A DNA stretch of 64,000 nucleotides from Utricularia gibba (taxonomy: Eukaryota; Plantae; Magnoliophyta), in the NCBI GenBank assembly GCA_002189035.1, contig NEEC01000002.1:2480001-2544000 (forward strand). The letters are read 5' to 3'. Each line of letters begins with the position of its first letter. Position 1 is the stretch's first letter. Below the pieces are notes generated by a model. It had not been told where the DNA came from, ran no database searches, and saw nothing but the letters and a program-made list of their open reading frames with translations. The translations under genes were made by a program, and so were the position numbers. Positions 1-12,017 of the stretch are shown here, one piece after another.

Positions 1-561
1 GCCAAACTTCGAAATTGGGAATTTTTTCCTAATTCCTTTATCAATTAGACATGTTCCTTCACCCGGATACACCGCGTGTGGGTCCCGCAGTGTAACCCAG
101 TCCAGTGCCGACAGGAACCCCCGATGCACCTCTGCTCCTTGAGGCTTACGTGGTCCATTACCCATGTCCTTCCTCAACATGGTACATTCTCTCACCTCGT
201 CATCTCTGATTTTGTTCATATGTAATAGAGCAAATAATTATACATAATAAATTAAAATGATATGATTAGATATATAATATATTGTGAATTAATAATAGTT
301 AAATATAAATGTGATTCACATTTTTTGTATATTTAAATTTTATATATATGCTTGTTTGATATATCGTATTATCAATTTCAACATAATATCAAAATGTTTG
401 TTTTACAACATAGTTTTGATAGTCAAAATAATTTTTATATTGATCTGAATTTCGATTAAAAAAAAGAAAAAAAGGAGGTTTATTAAACTTAAATTATAAA
501 AATTAAATTAATTTATAACTCTAACAATATATGTCATTACAAAAAAATAAATTTTAACTAA

Positions 562-936
562 ATGAAAAGGCTGCGGGAGGTGTTCAAAACCATCACGGGG
601 AGGCTGATGCTGATCCCTCTGGCCATACTTCTGGCGACGTATCAAGTGAAAGGAATCGATCCCCTTCAAATTCCCATGATGAAACTATTCCTAGCTAACT
701 TCATCGCGTACTGGACAATCGACGCCGTGAACGGCGCCTGCTCAGCGTCGGACGAGTTGATGTTTCTTCCGGCTTCGTTCACAGCCATCGTCGCAACCCT
801 CGCCTTCTTTTTTCTCTTCCTGCACCCACGTTGCTCGTTCTACGTGCCGCTCACGCTCTCCACCCCGCTCTCCGGCCGGGATGTTAAACCGGAGACGACG
901 CTGCCACGCCGTCTACCGCCGCGACCTCCACCTTAG
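562..936 (+). CDS. 4-TM family, subfamily A, chimeric copy: starts at the internal Met (MKRL), lacks TM4, and reads through a fold-back junction into antisense sequence
   Basis: Residues 1-~100 are nearly identical to the 57183-57653 protein. After ~870 the DNA matches the opposite strand of that gene's 3' end, giving a new Pro-rich tail. Upstream is AT-rich, with no homology to the 57.7-kb promoter. Confidence 0.6.
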   Translation: MKRLREVFKTITGRLMLIPLAILLATYQVKGIDPLQIPMMKLFLANFIAYWTIDAVNGACSASDELMFLPASFTAIVATLAFFFLFLHPRCSFYVPLTLSTPLSGRDVKPETTLPRRLPPRPPP

Positions 937-1082
937 ACTTAACCTTATAATAAATGCCCTTAACATTTTCCGGGTTCGCAACGACAAAAAGCGGGGTGGA
1001 GAGCGTCAGCGGCCCGTAGAACGAGCAACGTGGGTGCAGGAAGAGAAAAAGGAAGGCCAGGTTGCGACGATGGCTGTGAACG
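776..1082. repeat. Fold-back inverted repeat (hairpin 1): arms 776-869 and 990-1082, ~120-nt loop
   Basis: cgttcacagccatcgtcgc...ctccaccccgct pairs with agcggggtggagag...atggctgtgaacg; about 5 differences in 94 bp. Confidence 0.92.
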
Positions 1083-1088
1083 GCTTCG

Positions 1089-1282
1089 TTTTATACAATT
1101 TACGCGCCCCACTGTAAAAAGAAAAATTATATTTTGTATTATCTCATTATATATATATTGAAATGATAATATTATTCCCAAGATTCCCTATCACCATTAT
1201 ATTCATATATTACCATAATAAATATGATAATTTACTTAATTATTAATTATTTACATATATAATTCATGTTATCTTATTTCGT
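1089..1282. repeat. Left arm of ~193-bp AT-rich inverted repeat flanking the SET gene (partner 5201-5392)
   Basis: ttttatacaattt...ccctatcaccattatattcat...cttatttcgt is the reverse complement of 5201-5392, roughly 85-90% identical by eye; no TSD found. Confidence 0.88.
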
Positions 1283-1591
1283 ATACAAAAAAGATATACT
1301 ATATTATTTACCTTTTTGATATTTTGTATTAGTTTCACATTTTTTACAATGGGGATGCTTCATGAGATCCGAATATAGACACATTTTACTTTTTAAAAGG
1401 AAACCATTTGCCACGTGAATTAATGTCCCCTTACGTTATGGGCTTCGGGCAGTGGGTTCTTTATGGGCCTCCACGTGAGCTCATGGGGAGTTGCCCGAAA
1501 GATTCGTGAACTTCAGAGTTCCTTCCGTCAATGCTCGCTCAGTATCTGATTCTGTAAAGCTCGGCGTTCTCGGTTTCCGAACTGCCCAAGG

Positions 1592-4500
1592 ATGGCAACA
1601 AGGCCGGAACAAGAAGCCAAGCTCCAGGTTTTCCTGCAATGGCTGAAGGTCAATGACTTGCATTTTTTCTTTCAGAAGCTTCTTATTTTTCGTACTTTTT
1701 ATGGTCTTCAAAGTTAACGTTCTCGAAATAGAGCAATTGTTGATACAGGCGAATGGAGCAGAATTACGGGGTTGTGAAATCAAATACTGCGATTCGAGCA
1801 AACGGTTCGGAATATTTTCGTCGAACCACGCGCGTGATGGTAAACACTCAAGAGCTCTATGAATGAAATTCAAAATGCACTGTCTTTAGTGCTCTGAAAT
1901 AATCATCCTTTTATGTAATTGAGAAATTTAGATGCTTTCTTTCCAGTTGTTGCTTTATTCATCAGGTATTGTTGCTCTATGTTGTTTTTTGTTTTTAATA
2001 TAAGTCGTTTCTTTAATTCTCCATGTCTTTTATTTTTGTCCTTAGGAATCCTGATGGTTGTTCCCCTTCATCTGGCCATAACTCCCATGACTGTTCTAGA
2101 AGATCCACTGATGGGACGTGAATGCCGATTAATGTTTGAGAATGGAAATGTTGATGACAGATTGTTGATAATGTTGTTCCTGACTGTGCAACGCCTTCGA
2201 GAAAACTCCTTGTGGAAACCGTATATACTCTATTTTTGTGTTTTTCTTGTTTAAAACGATGGAGTTGCATGGGCAAAATATTTTGTTTTGTAATAACTTC
2301 TATTTTGAATGGGCGAAAATGTTGAGAGGCTCGAGTGATTATCTTATGATCTTATGCGCAGGTATCTTGATATGCTTCCTGATGAATTTGGGAATCCACT
2401 GTGGTTTACTGCTGATGAGCTTGCAGAACTCAAAGGAACAACATTGCATCGAGCTACTGAGCTTCAGGTCATCTATTTTCTCTACAAAAATAATATCATA
2501 TCCCTCATCTTTGAAGCTCTTCTTTCTGATATTTTCCTTCAAAATGAATTTCATTTTCTCCTACTGTAAGAATGCCCTCATATTTTTATGGAAAACAAAA
2601 ATTGCCCCAAGGGATGTTTGTTGTGCTCACAGAAGGAAAATTTGAAGGCTCTATTCGATGATAAAGTGAAGAATTTAGTTCAAAAGCTTTTGGTTCTTGA
2701 TGGGGAACATGAAAGGTATACTTGGGCTCCTTAATGTTTTACGTTATGTATTCCTTTTGGTTTAGTTTAAATAGTTTCTTTGCATTCTGTTGTGTACTAA
2801 AACCGAAAAATTTTATTTTTCTGCATTCACTGTCATCTTGCAGAGATGTCCAATTTGAGGACTTCCTTTGGTATGTAACACAACTCCTTGTGGTTTGTTC
2901 ACGTTTAATATTTCTTGATGTTCTCTCTTGTTAACTGGTACACACAGGGCTAATTCCATATTTTGGACTCGTGCTCTGAATATTCCTTTCCCTCGCTCAC
3001 ATGTGTTCCCACAAGTTCAACAAATGCATGACAGCTCAAGCGTCGAGCTCTCTGCTTTTGCATGTGGTTCATCTAAAAATATGCCAGACGGGGAAACTGT
3101 CGAAAGTAAGGCTGCAGTCATCCTATTTTCTCAAATGCATGTGGTACATCTGTCTTTAATCCATGTGGACTAGTGTGGCTAATCAGCTGTTGAGATAAAC
3201 CAAGGTGTACTGAGCTCCGTAGAAGATGAAGCTGTATATGTCGAGGCTCTTGTGCCAGGAATTGATTTCTGCAATCATGGTAATATGATAATCATTCTAT
3301 CAGTATGCTGTTTAAGCTGTCCTTATGTTGCACACACCAGAACCATAAGTTCTAATTCAACATGTTGTAGATTGTCAAACTTCTCCATTTTGGCATGTGT
3401 TATATTCACAGAATTGGCTTATGTAGATTTGCAGCCTTCGGCAACATGGGAGGTAGATGTAACTGGGTCTACCACTGGGGCTTGTTCTTCTATGTATCTT
3501 CTTTCTGGTAAGTTCTTGTACTACTTCTAGATAGTATCAGGTATTTTTCTTCAGTTTAAATGGCAAGCTACTGATGAGAGATCAGACTGTAGCAGTTGAA
3601 GGCATTACTCCCGATGATAAGAAAGAGATATCCATTAGTTATGGCAACAAGGGAAATGAGGTACAACGGCCTCTTCAAATTATTCTGTGGCGAAGTCTTT
3701 CAATATAAAGGTGGTTAGGTATACCAAATTGGTTATTCAACAAGTGTAATGGAGTTTTTGAGGATGGGAGTCATCATTGGTATTTCGTTTAACTTCACCG
3801 TTTTATGTATCCTCTCGTATAAGCACCGTCCAATTAGGTATCCCAAATTGGTTAGTCTGAAAACTTTTAACTGCTGAAACTAGCTGGCAGATAATCTTTT
3901 CCAAAACTTCCGCTATTGATTGCAACCTGGTGCAGGAGCTTCTCTACCTTTATGGATTCGTTATAGAGGATAACCCTGATGACTATCTCATGGTGAGTAA
4001 TTTTTTTCTCAGCTTCGTGGTTACTAATCTTGTCATTAGATATACATTTTTTTAGGATTTTCTTTCATTGCCTTCTGTTAACCATCAGATGAAACATCAC
4101 AGATTCATTATCCCATGGAAGCTCTAATGGATGCGCCCTTCTCGGAGGCCAAAATGCAGCTTCTTGAGGCACAGGTATTATTTCTATAGTTGCAAGGGTA
4201 TTGCGCGAAGAGACTCTTACATGTCTTTTTAGCATCCATGTCGCCTCTTTCTCTACAGGAAGCTAATGCTAGGTGCCTATTGCCCAGAACTCTGCTGAAA
4301 AACGGTTTTCCCCTTGAATGTGGAGGAACCAACAACGATGGACAAGATCCCACAATCTTGTCTTACCACGATAAACTTGTTTTTCCTGAAGAATTCTTGT
4401 CTGCCTTGAGAACAATAGCCATGAAAGAAAGTGAGCTCTACCATGTTACTTCCATGCTTGACCAGGTAATTCTTCCAGTTCATTATTCCATGATATCTTC

Positions 4501-5033
4501 CTGCTAAAAATTTTCCTACATGTTTCTGAAGCTGGGTGGAACGGAGAGGCGATCAGCTCTGTCTGAAGAGCAGGTGCGATCAGCTATCCAGGACGCTTGT
4601 GGAGATAGCAATGCTCTCCAACTTCTCGTTGATCTCCTTTCCATGAAGTAACTCGAAAGTTCCTTTGTTTTTTTTTTTCCACAGCTGAACCTTGTTCTCC
4701 TGATCCTGTTCCCTCTGCTCTACCTCCACAGGCTGATGGAACTGGAAGAGGGCACGGGAACAGAAGCGAGAGATGCTGAGCTGCTTTCAGTGGAAAAGAA
4801 AAGGCAAGTCAAGTTATTCCGCCGCGCCGTACATACAGTCCAGGAACTGGATTATTGACTTCCATGGATTCTTGCTTTTCTGCTGCAGACTTGATGGAGA
4901 AGACGATGGCGGCCGAAACAGGTGGGCGTGTTTAGTGTACAGGCACGGGCAGAAGCAACTCACTCGTGCCTTCCTAAGGGAAGCAGAGCGCGGTCTAGAG
5001 CTGGCGTTACTTCCGTCCCACATCGGAAAATAA
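1592..5033 (+). CDS. SET-domain protein-lysine methyltransferase (SETD3/Rubisco-LSMT-like; At1g01920-like), multi-exon
   Basis: Spliced translation MATRPEQEAKLQVFLQWLK|ANGAELRGCEIKY..FGIF, LLMVVPLHLAITP, YLDMLP..FGNPLWF, NSIFWTRALNIP, ALVPGIDFCNH, ISISYGNKGNEELLYLYGF, LVFPEEFLSALRTIAM, VYRHGQKQLTR; GT-AG sites seen at the exon edges inspected. Confidence 0.9.
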
Positions 5034-5200
5034 CCAGGGCCGGAAACGATGGGTCATTTTAGAAAAATTCTCATCTCATACGCAAAATAGTCATATAATA
5101 TATTGACGTAAATTATTTGGAATTTACATGAATTACGTCAATATGAAACATTTGTTTCCGTTTCGGTTTCATACCTTGGCCGTGGGTGTAATGAGATAAC

Positions 5201-5392
5201 ACGAAATAAGATTACATAAATTATATATGTAAATAATTAATAATTAAGTGAATTATCATATTTATCATGATATTATATGAATATAATGGTGATAGGGACT
5301 CTTGGGAATAATATTATCATTTCAATATGTACATAATAAGATAATAAAATATAATTTTTCTTTTTACAGCGGGGCGTCTAAATTGTATAAAA
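5201..5392. repeat. Right arm of the inverted repeat flanking the SET gene
   Basis: Reverse complement of 1089-1282. Confidence 0.88.
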
Positions 5393-5472
5393 GGAATACA
5401 TCCCGTATAGTATAGAGTATTATAATTTAAATGTATTATACATTACATGCTCCTGTATTGTAATTTGTAGTT

Positions 5473-6183
5473 GGGACGGGAGAAAGAGCGATAAAGAGGT
5501 ACAAGAAGGTCCTCCAAGGCGTCAAGTACAAATTCTTTTCAAATTTCTCATCAACAACATAATCCCTGTCATCACTTCTTTTCTACTAACCCTTCCACAA
5601 AACACAAACCTGAGTAGTTCTCCTGTGCTCTGGATCTTCCTTACGTCCCTATTTGTATATTCAATTCTGCAAATTCTTGCAATCCCTTACTCGAGAAATC
5701 AACGCCCTTTTTTACGGTGCTGCTTCCGCGTCTGCTGCCTTTGCTCTCTTCGCGGCGGGGGCAGTGCCTCGATGTCAGAATCAGCTTCAGTTTCTCCGGC
5801 GGAGGAGATTCCAGTTATTCCAATTCGTTGCAACAATCAGAGGTATAGAGAGAGCAACAGCTGGAAAGAAAGAGAAACGCGTAGGCATGAAGAACGCGAA
5901 GAGGGCAAAGGCAGCAGACGCGGAAGCAGCACCGTAAAAAAGGATGCTGATTTCTCCAGTAAGGGTAAATGATTGCAAGAATTTGAAGAATTGAATATAC
6001 AAACAGGGACGTGATGAAGATCCAGCACAGGAGAACTACTCAGGTTCGTGCTTTGTGGAAGAAGGGTCAGTAGAAAAGAAGTGGTGACCGGGATTACGTT
6101 GTTGATGAGAAATTTGAAAAGAATTTGTACTTCACGCCTTGGAGGAGCTTCTTGTACCTCTCTATCGCTCTTTCTCCGGTCCC
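5473..6183. repeat. Fold-back inverted repeat (hairpin 2): arms 5473-5754 and 5895-6183, ~140-nt loop, derived from a 4-TM family gene
   Basis: About 90% arm identity by eye with 3 small indels; perfect stretches of 35 nt (aagtacaaattc...aacaac) and 39 nt (cctttttt...gcctttgc). Confidence 0.93.
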
Positions 6184-6220
6184 TGATAGATAGCTGCTCC
6201 TTGTCGCCCTTCCTTCCCAT
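5757..6220 (-). pseudogene. 4-TM family copy (B-related, different N-terminus MGRKGDKEQ...), frameshifted and 3'-truncated
   Basis: QILFKFLINNVIPVTTSFLLTL..NLSSSPVL, then a 2-bp deletion near 6030; downstream YGAASASAAFALFAFFMPTRFS is in another frame. Confidence 0.8.
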
Positions 6221-6481
6221 CCCATGTTGGATGGGGTAAATGATTGCAAGAATTTGCAGAATTGAGTACACAGCATTCTGTATAAAAGGCGCCGCGAAGG
6301 CTACTGATGGTGTGATCGGAGCTGCGTTTCTTTTTATCATGTATAAATTAACAGCCTTCCTTATACACTGAGTGAACGCGTCTTTGATGTATAATATTTT
6401 GTATCATTTTGTAATGTTTAATTAAAAGTAATGAATGGAATTTTTGTGTACTATTTTTTTGGCAAAGAAAAGATAATTTTC

Positions 6482-6941
6482 GAATCATCGCACTCTTCTG
6501 TATCGGATGCTGAGGAGGATCCATCTCTGTCTCTGCCCCAGCCAACTTGTTCATCGCCGCTTCCGACGGCCAGACGAAACTGCTCCCTTACATCAGGAGC
6601 AACGATGCCGATCATCACACTTCACATTCACATCTATGGCCGTGAATACTACCTCCTGAGTGTCTTCTTCTTCGTGATCTACAGCCGTGCCATGGCAATG
6701 CGCCTCAGTTGCAATGGTTTCATCACTAGAGGACTCTGAATCTTCTCTGCTGCTTGCACCACCGCCGCCTAACTGCAACTTATCTGCAACGCCTTCTGTC
6801 TTTTTATGGGCTGTTGATATATTTTCGTTCTCATCCACTGGATTCAAGTCAGCAGCTATTGATGTGCAGTCATAATTCTCTTCATCTTCTTCGAGTGTCC
6901 TTTGCATTGCCTTTAGTTGTTCCTGCTGCCTCACGAATAGC
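6482..6941 (-). pseudogene. Inverted, internally deleted fragment of the FHA gene last exon
   Basis: Minus-strand translation RQQEQLKAMQRTLEEDEENYDCTSIAA... matches 10955-11285, then jumps to ~11730-11855. Confidence 0.9.
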
Positions 6942-6968
6942 TATGTGACTAGAATGTGCTAAATTAAT

Positions 6969-7700
6969 ATACTTCCACAAACTACAATGGATTTGCACCT
7001 TTTTGTGGTACTGAATTGGTCAGTGAAGACACTTGGTTTGCCTTTTATTTTTAAATGAGAAGATTCATTTTTTGAAGTTGAGTTGGATCTTGCACCATAT
7101 GGCAGAACTTTCTGGCACTCTGTGCGAGTGGCTATTATGATGGGACTATATTCCATCCAAAAATTAAGGGCTTCATGATACAAGGTGGTGATCCCACTAA
7201 CACTGGCAAGGGAGGAACAAGTATATGGGGTAAAAAGTTCAGTGATGAGATAAAAGAATCTCTCAAGGCTAGTTTTTCTGTACTTTTTTGGTTTCATGAA
7301 AATCATACTATGCTAGTGATATGTTTCTTTTTGAACAATCACTGATGTTCTTCTACTTCATTGCGTATTACAGCACAATGCTCGAGGTATACTATCCATG
7401 GCTAACAGTGGCCCCAACACCAATGGAAGTCAGTTTTTCATAACACACGGCAAGGACTCTACACCATCTTCGGTAAAGTGATTCATGGATTTAAAGTTCA
7501 GTAAGGAACAGTGAACCGGTTTAATGACTGGCTTGTGAACCGGAGGACAAGCTATTCGATTTTTTTGGGCTTTGAGTGGCTATATGTAATAAAAGCTCGT
7601 TTGTGGTAATTGGGCCTTACTACTGATGGGCTTGACGATCCACGTCAGTGAATAGTGAAAAGACAAGAAAATCCTCCACGCCCAGCTTCCTCGAGACGCT
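6969..7700 (+). pseudogene. Degenerate cyclophilin (PPIL3/CYP18-1) copy: exons 3-4 plus downstream flank
   Basis: Matches 53459-54006 and ~54590-54755. FHRNI is changed to FHPKI (catalytic-Arg position), exon 4 has a 16-bp deletion, and exons 1, 2 and 5 are absent. Confidence 0.9.
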
Positions 7701-7815
7701 GGAACTGAGTGATACCGAAAAGCGCGGCCAACGGCACCTACATGCGGAGCCTATAGGTTTTATGAAATACGCGCCATTCCGGAATTGGAATCTAGTTGCA
7801 ATACCTCCTGGCTCA

Positions 7816-10800
7816 ATGGCGAAGGTTAATGGAAGCCCGGCGTCACAGGGGTCCTCTGGCGGGAGTCCGAACCCGGCGAGAGATCCTACTGCTCTCCCCC
7901 TTGCGAATTCGGCCAACGAACACTGTAAAGGCAACATCACCCCTGGGCCGGAAATTGGAGTCTCTGTGCCTCAGGAAACTGCCGCGGCATCGGAAGAGTT
8001 CATATCCTCTGTCGCTGCAATGGTAGCCGCTCAGCCGGTGCCGCCTTCGGATCTCAATGTTTGGGGCGTGCTCACAGCTATAACTGATAAGGCACGAAAG
8101 CGGAAACAGGTTTGTGAGTTTACCATTGGTTGTTTGTGAGTTTCATTTCATTAGAATCTTGGATTTTGTGATTCACAAATGCTTCTTGCTTGGAGAAGCT
8201 TTCCTTCAGTAAACAGTACTGTTTTTTTTTTCTTTTTATTTCGGTACCGATACATGACTTTTTATACAAGGGCGTTAATATGCTTCTGACATCGGATGAG
8301 CACTGCATTGGCCGGCTTGTGGATGATCCAAATTTCCGGATTATGTCACCTGCGGTTAGTGCTCGTCATTGCAAGATTACTAGAAAGCGAGTTACTACAA
8401 AAGATACAGAGGATCAATCTGGCTGCTGTTTTTCGGTATTCTTGAAGGATACGAGGTCAAAGATCCTTCATGCAGGTTGTGAATTATATTTTTTGTAATA
8501 TACTGATGATTAATTGTTGTCTGCAGTACAAATGGTACGTATTGGAACTGGGAAAAGCTGAGTAAAAGTGCCTCGGATGTAAAGCTGTGTCATGGAGACA
8601 TTATCTCCATAGCATTTGCACCGCATCATGGTAAAGCCCATGCTTTTTAACTAAGAGTCTATATTAGTTCGATTTCAACTAAATAGCTCTGCAGCATAAT
8701 GCACTAGAGTATTCTTAAATGAATCTTGCCTGTCCTGTTTTACAAAACTTCATCAATTGCAGAGCTTGCATTTGCTTTTGTTTTTCGAGAAGTCAAGATG
8801 TCGTCAACCGTATCTCCTTGCAGGCTTTTAAAGCGAAAACCAGGTACCCACATGTGTGTATCTTCTCTTTGGAATTGGTTGATGCGAGTTCTCGTAATCA
8901 TGCATAAGGCAAGAACTAACTTTATAAGCGCATATTTCTCATTTTGTTTCAAGATGATTTTCCTGCTGAGAGCAAGAGACATAAGGGTCTCGGCATAGGC
9001 GCTTCTGATGGTCCGGTGTCTCTTGATGATTTTCGGAGCCTTCAAAGATCTAACACAGTAACTACTGCTTATACATGACTGTGACACTAGCATACCCCTT
9101 CGAAAATTTCATTCCTGTATATTCAAAATATTTGGTTGAAATCTTGCTGGATTCTCAACAAGTCATTCTATGTAGGATCTCCGGAAACTTCTGGAGGATA
9201 ATGTTGCGACCATTGAATCCCTACGAAAGGATAACCAAATAGCCAGTGAAAAGCATGAGATTGTATGTCTGCTTTTTCTTATGCACTTTTTTCTTTTACA
9301 GTTTCTAGACTATGAACTTGCCGTGAGTTTCATTTAAAAAACGAGAGTCGTTTTTCAACTATCTGGTTCTTGGACATTCACTTTTGTCTCATTCTATTTC
9401 CTTGTTTGTTTTCCTTTTGTAGGAAATGAAAAACTTGAAAGAATCAACCTCAAAACTTTATGTGGATAAGCTATCTGAATTGACTCGAACATTGGAGGCA
9501 CAAGATAAGGAGTTGATGGAGCTGAACAAAATCTCAGCTGACCAGAAGCATGAAATAGACACCCTTAGTCAGCGGCTCGCTGCTTCTGTACAGTCATTTG
9601 TTGAAGCCAATGAAATAATGGAGTGGTACGTTGCTTGTTTAGAATTTCAGGTTGATATTGTCTTGCTTGGTCCTGTTTGTGTCTGATTTCATTAGTAGTA
9701 CTTGTTCCAAGTCATTGTCAAGGTTCATGCGGAAGCCTGGATGAATTTTTCATATCCAGAATCACTTTCTTCAAAAGCATTATCATGAACTAATTTTTCG
9801 TCTTCAGAGGCTGGAATTATTTAGGATTCCTGATCTATGAATGTACACTTTTAAACATCTATCTCTTTTTCAGCCAAAAGAAGTCTATATCGCAACTCAA
9901 AGCACAATTAGATGAAGAACGTGATCTGAGAAGGGAGGAGCGAGAAAAGGCATCTGTGGATATGAAAATGGCACTACAGAAAGTCCAAGCGGAGGCTGAA
10001 GAGGAGCTAAAACGTAAGTCTGAGTGTGCACTGAAGCGAGAGAAGGAACAACAAGATATCATACAGAAGCTTCAGGTTTTCTGGATTTCTCCATAAAATC
10101 ATATGCGCTCGTTTTTCTCACAGATTCCTTGTTCTCATTTTTTTTAAATTCAGGAATCCGAGAAAGAAAGGTGTCTATTGGTGGAAACTTTACGCTCAAA
10201 ATTGGTATGAGATGATTTCCAATTTTAATTTCATCTGAACACGTTTCTTTGAATAATGCTCTCGGTACTAACCTTTTGTAGGAAGACACAAGAGAAAAAC
10301 TGGTTAGCTCTGATAACAAAGTGCGGCATCTGGAGTCTCAGATTTCTCAGGAACGGGAAGCTAATGCTGTCAATAGAAAAGTATCTTGATTCTTTCTTCT
10401 TGCACCATATGTTTTTTACATTAAGATTTCTCGATATCCATTAGAACTTGTCTCTATGAACCCAGAAGCTTGAAGAACTTGAGCATGAGAGAACAAGACT
10501 GACTAAAAAACTTGAGAATGAAAAGGTACACTTTGCTGCTCGACATTTTATAAAAGAGAGCTTAACATTGTTTTGATGTTGTGGTGCTTTAGATGTGCTT
10601 CAAACTATCTTCTTTCTAGAAATAATGGGTTGCAGATTTCGATCTGATTTTTTCTTGGTGCTGTAGCAGGCTGCTCGGGAAGAAGCTTGGGCTAAGGTGT
10701 CTGCTCTTGAACTCGAAATAACTGCTGCCATGCGTGATCTTGACTGTGAAAGACGCAGACTAAAAGCTGCCAAGGAAAGAATAATGCTGCGGTACGCATT

Positions 10801-11868
10801 GTGGGAAATACAAACCTCTTAAAGCTGATAGATAATTTCATACCATCTGCTTCCTTTGTTTTTAGTTGTAAATGCTTGAAATTCACTTCATGTCGACCCT
10901 GCTGCAGCGAAACTCAGCTTCGTGCTTTCTACTCAAGCACAGAGGAAATACAATTGCTATTCGTGAGGCAGCAGGAACAACTAAAGGCAATGCAAAGGAC
11001 ACTCGAAGAAGATGAAGAGAATTATGACTGCACATCAATAGCTGCTGAATTGAATCCAGTGGATGAGAACGAAAATATATCAACAGCCCATAAAAAGACA
11101 GAAGGCGTTGCAGATAAGTTGCAGTTAGGCGGCGGTGGAGCAAGCAGCAGAGAAGATTCAGAGTCCTCAAGTGATGAAACCATTGCAACTGAGGCGCATA
11201 GCCATGATGCCACGGCTGTAGATCACGAAGAAGAAGACACTCAGGAGGTAGTATTCACGACCATAGATGTGAATATGAAGTGTGCTTTTGACGTTAACGC
11301 CGTTGGAACAGAGCTGATACCCGAGACGGAGGGTGTAGGCACAGCCAGGATCCATGAAACTGAGCATGTCTCGGAGACGCAGAGCCAGGGACGTGGCATC
11401 GACACCACACAGTTGGAATGCAAGATGGATGTAGACAAACACCCCGCCACAGATGAGTGCCGTGTGAGTCATGGAGAAGCTAACCCTGAGGCGTCTGGAG
11501 CTCAGGATCTGAGAGAATGTGCTCATGGAACAGCAGACCTCTTGGCATCAGAAGTAGCCGGCAGCTGGGCCTGCAGCACTGCACCTTCAGCCCTTGGGGA
11601 AAACGAGTCTGGGAGAAGCAAAGATCACGACGCGGGTGATCCCACTGCTTCCGAGAGTCGGAATGTTGCACCCTCCCATGTTAGAGCTTGTGCGCGAAGA
11701 AATCATGAGCGCCGGGCATTGAGCGAGATGATCGGCATCGTTGCTCCTGATGTAAGGGAACAGTTTCGTCTGGCCGTCGAAAGCGGCTATGAACAAGTTG
11801 GCTCGGGCGGGGATGGATCCTTGTCTGCTTCCGATACAGAAGACTGCGATGATTCCAATGAAGGATGA
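7816..11868 (+). CDS. FHA (SMAD/FHA) domain coiled-coil protein (At2g45460-like), multi-exon, apparently intact
   Basis: VWGVLTAITDKARKRKQ|GVNMLLTSDEHCIGRL..VSARHCKI..KDT|STNGTYWNWEKL..HGDIISIAF, GPVSLDDFRSLQRSN, AAREEAWAKVSALELE, ETQLRAFYSSTEEI, ADLLASEVAGSWACSTAPS; splice phases consistent where checked. Confidence 0.9.
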
Positions 11869-12017
11869 TGGATGATCACGATATGAATCCCTTCTCTGGT
11901 TTCCCCACGACCACAATCACCACCCGTTTTAAACATTTCCCTTTTTTAACAACCTTTTTTTCCCAAAATTATCTTTTCGTTTCCAACATTATTCCTCAAA
12001 AATAATACACAAAATTC

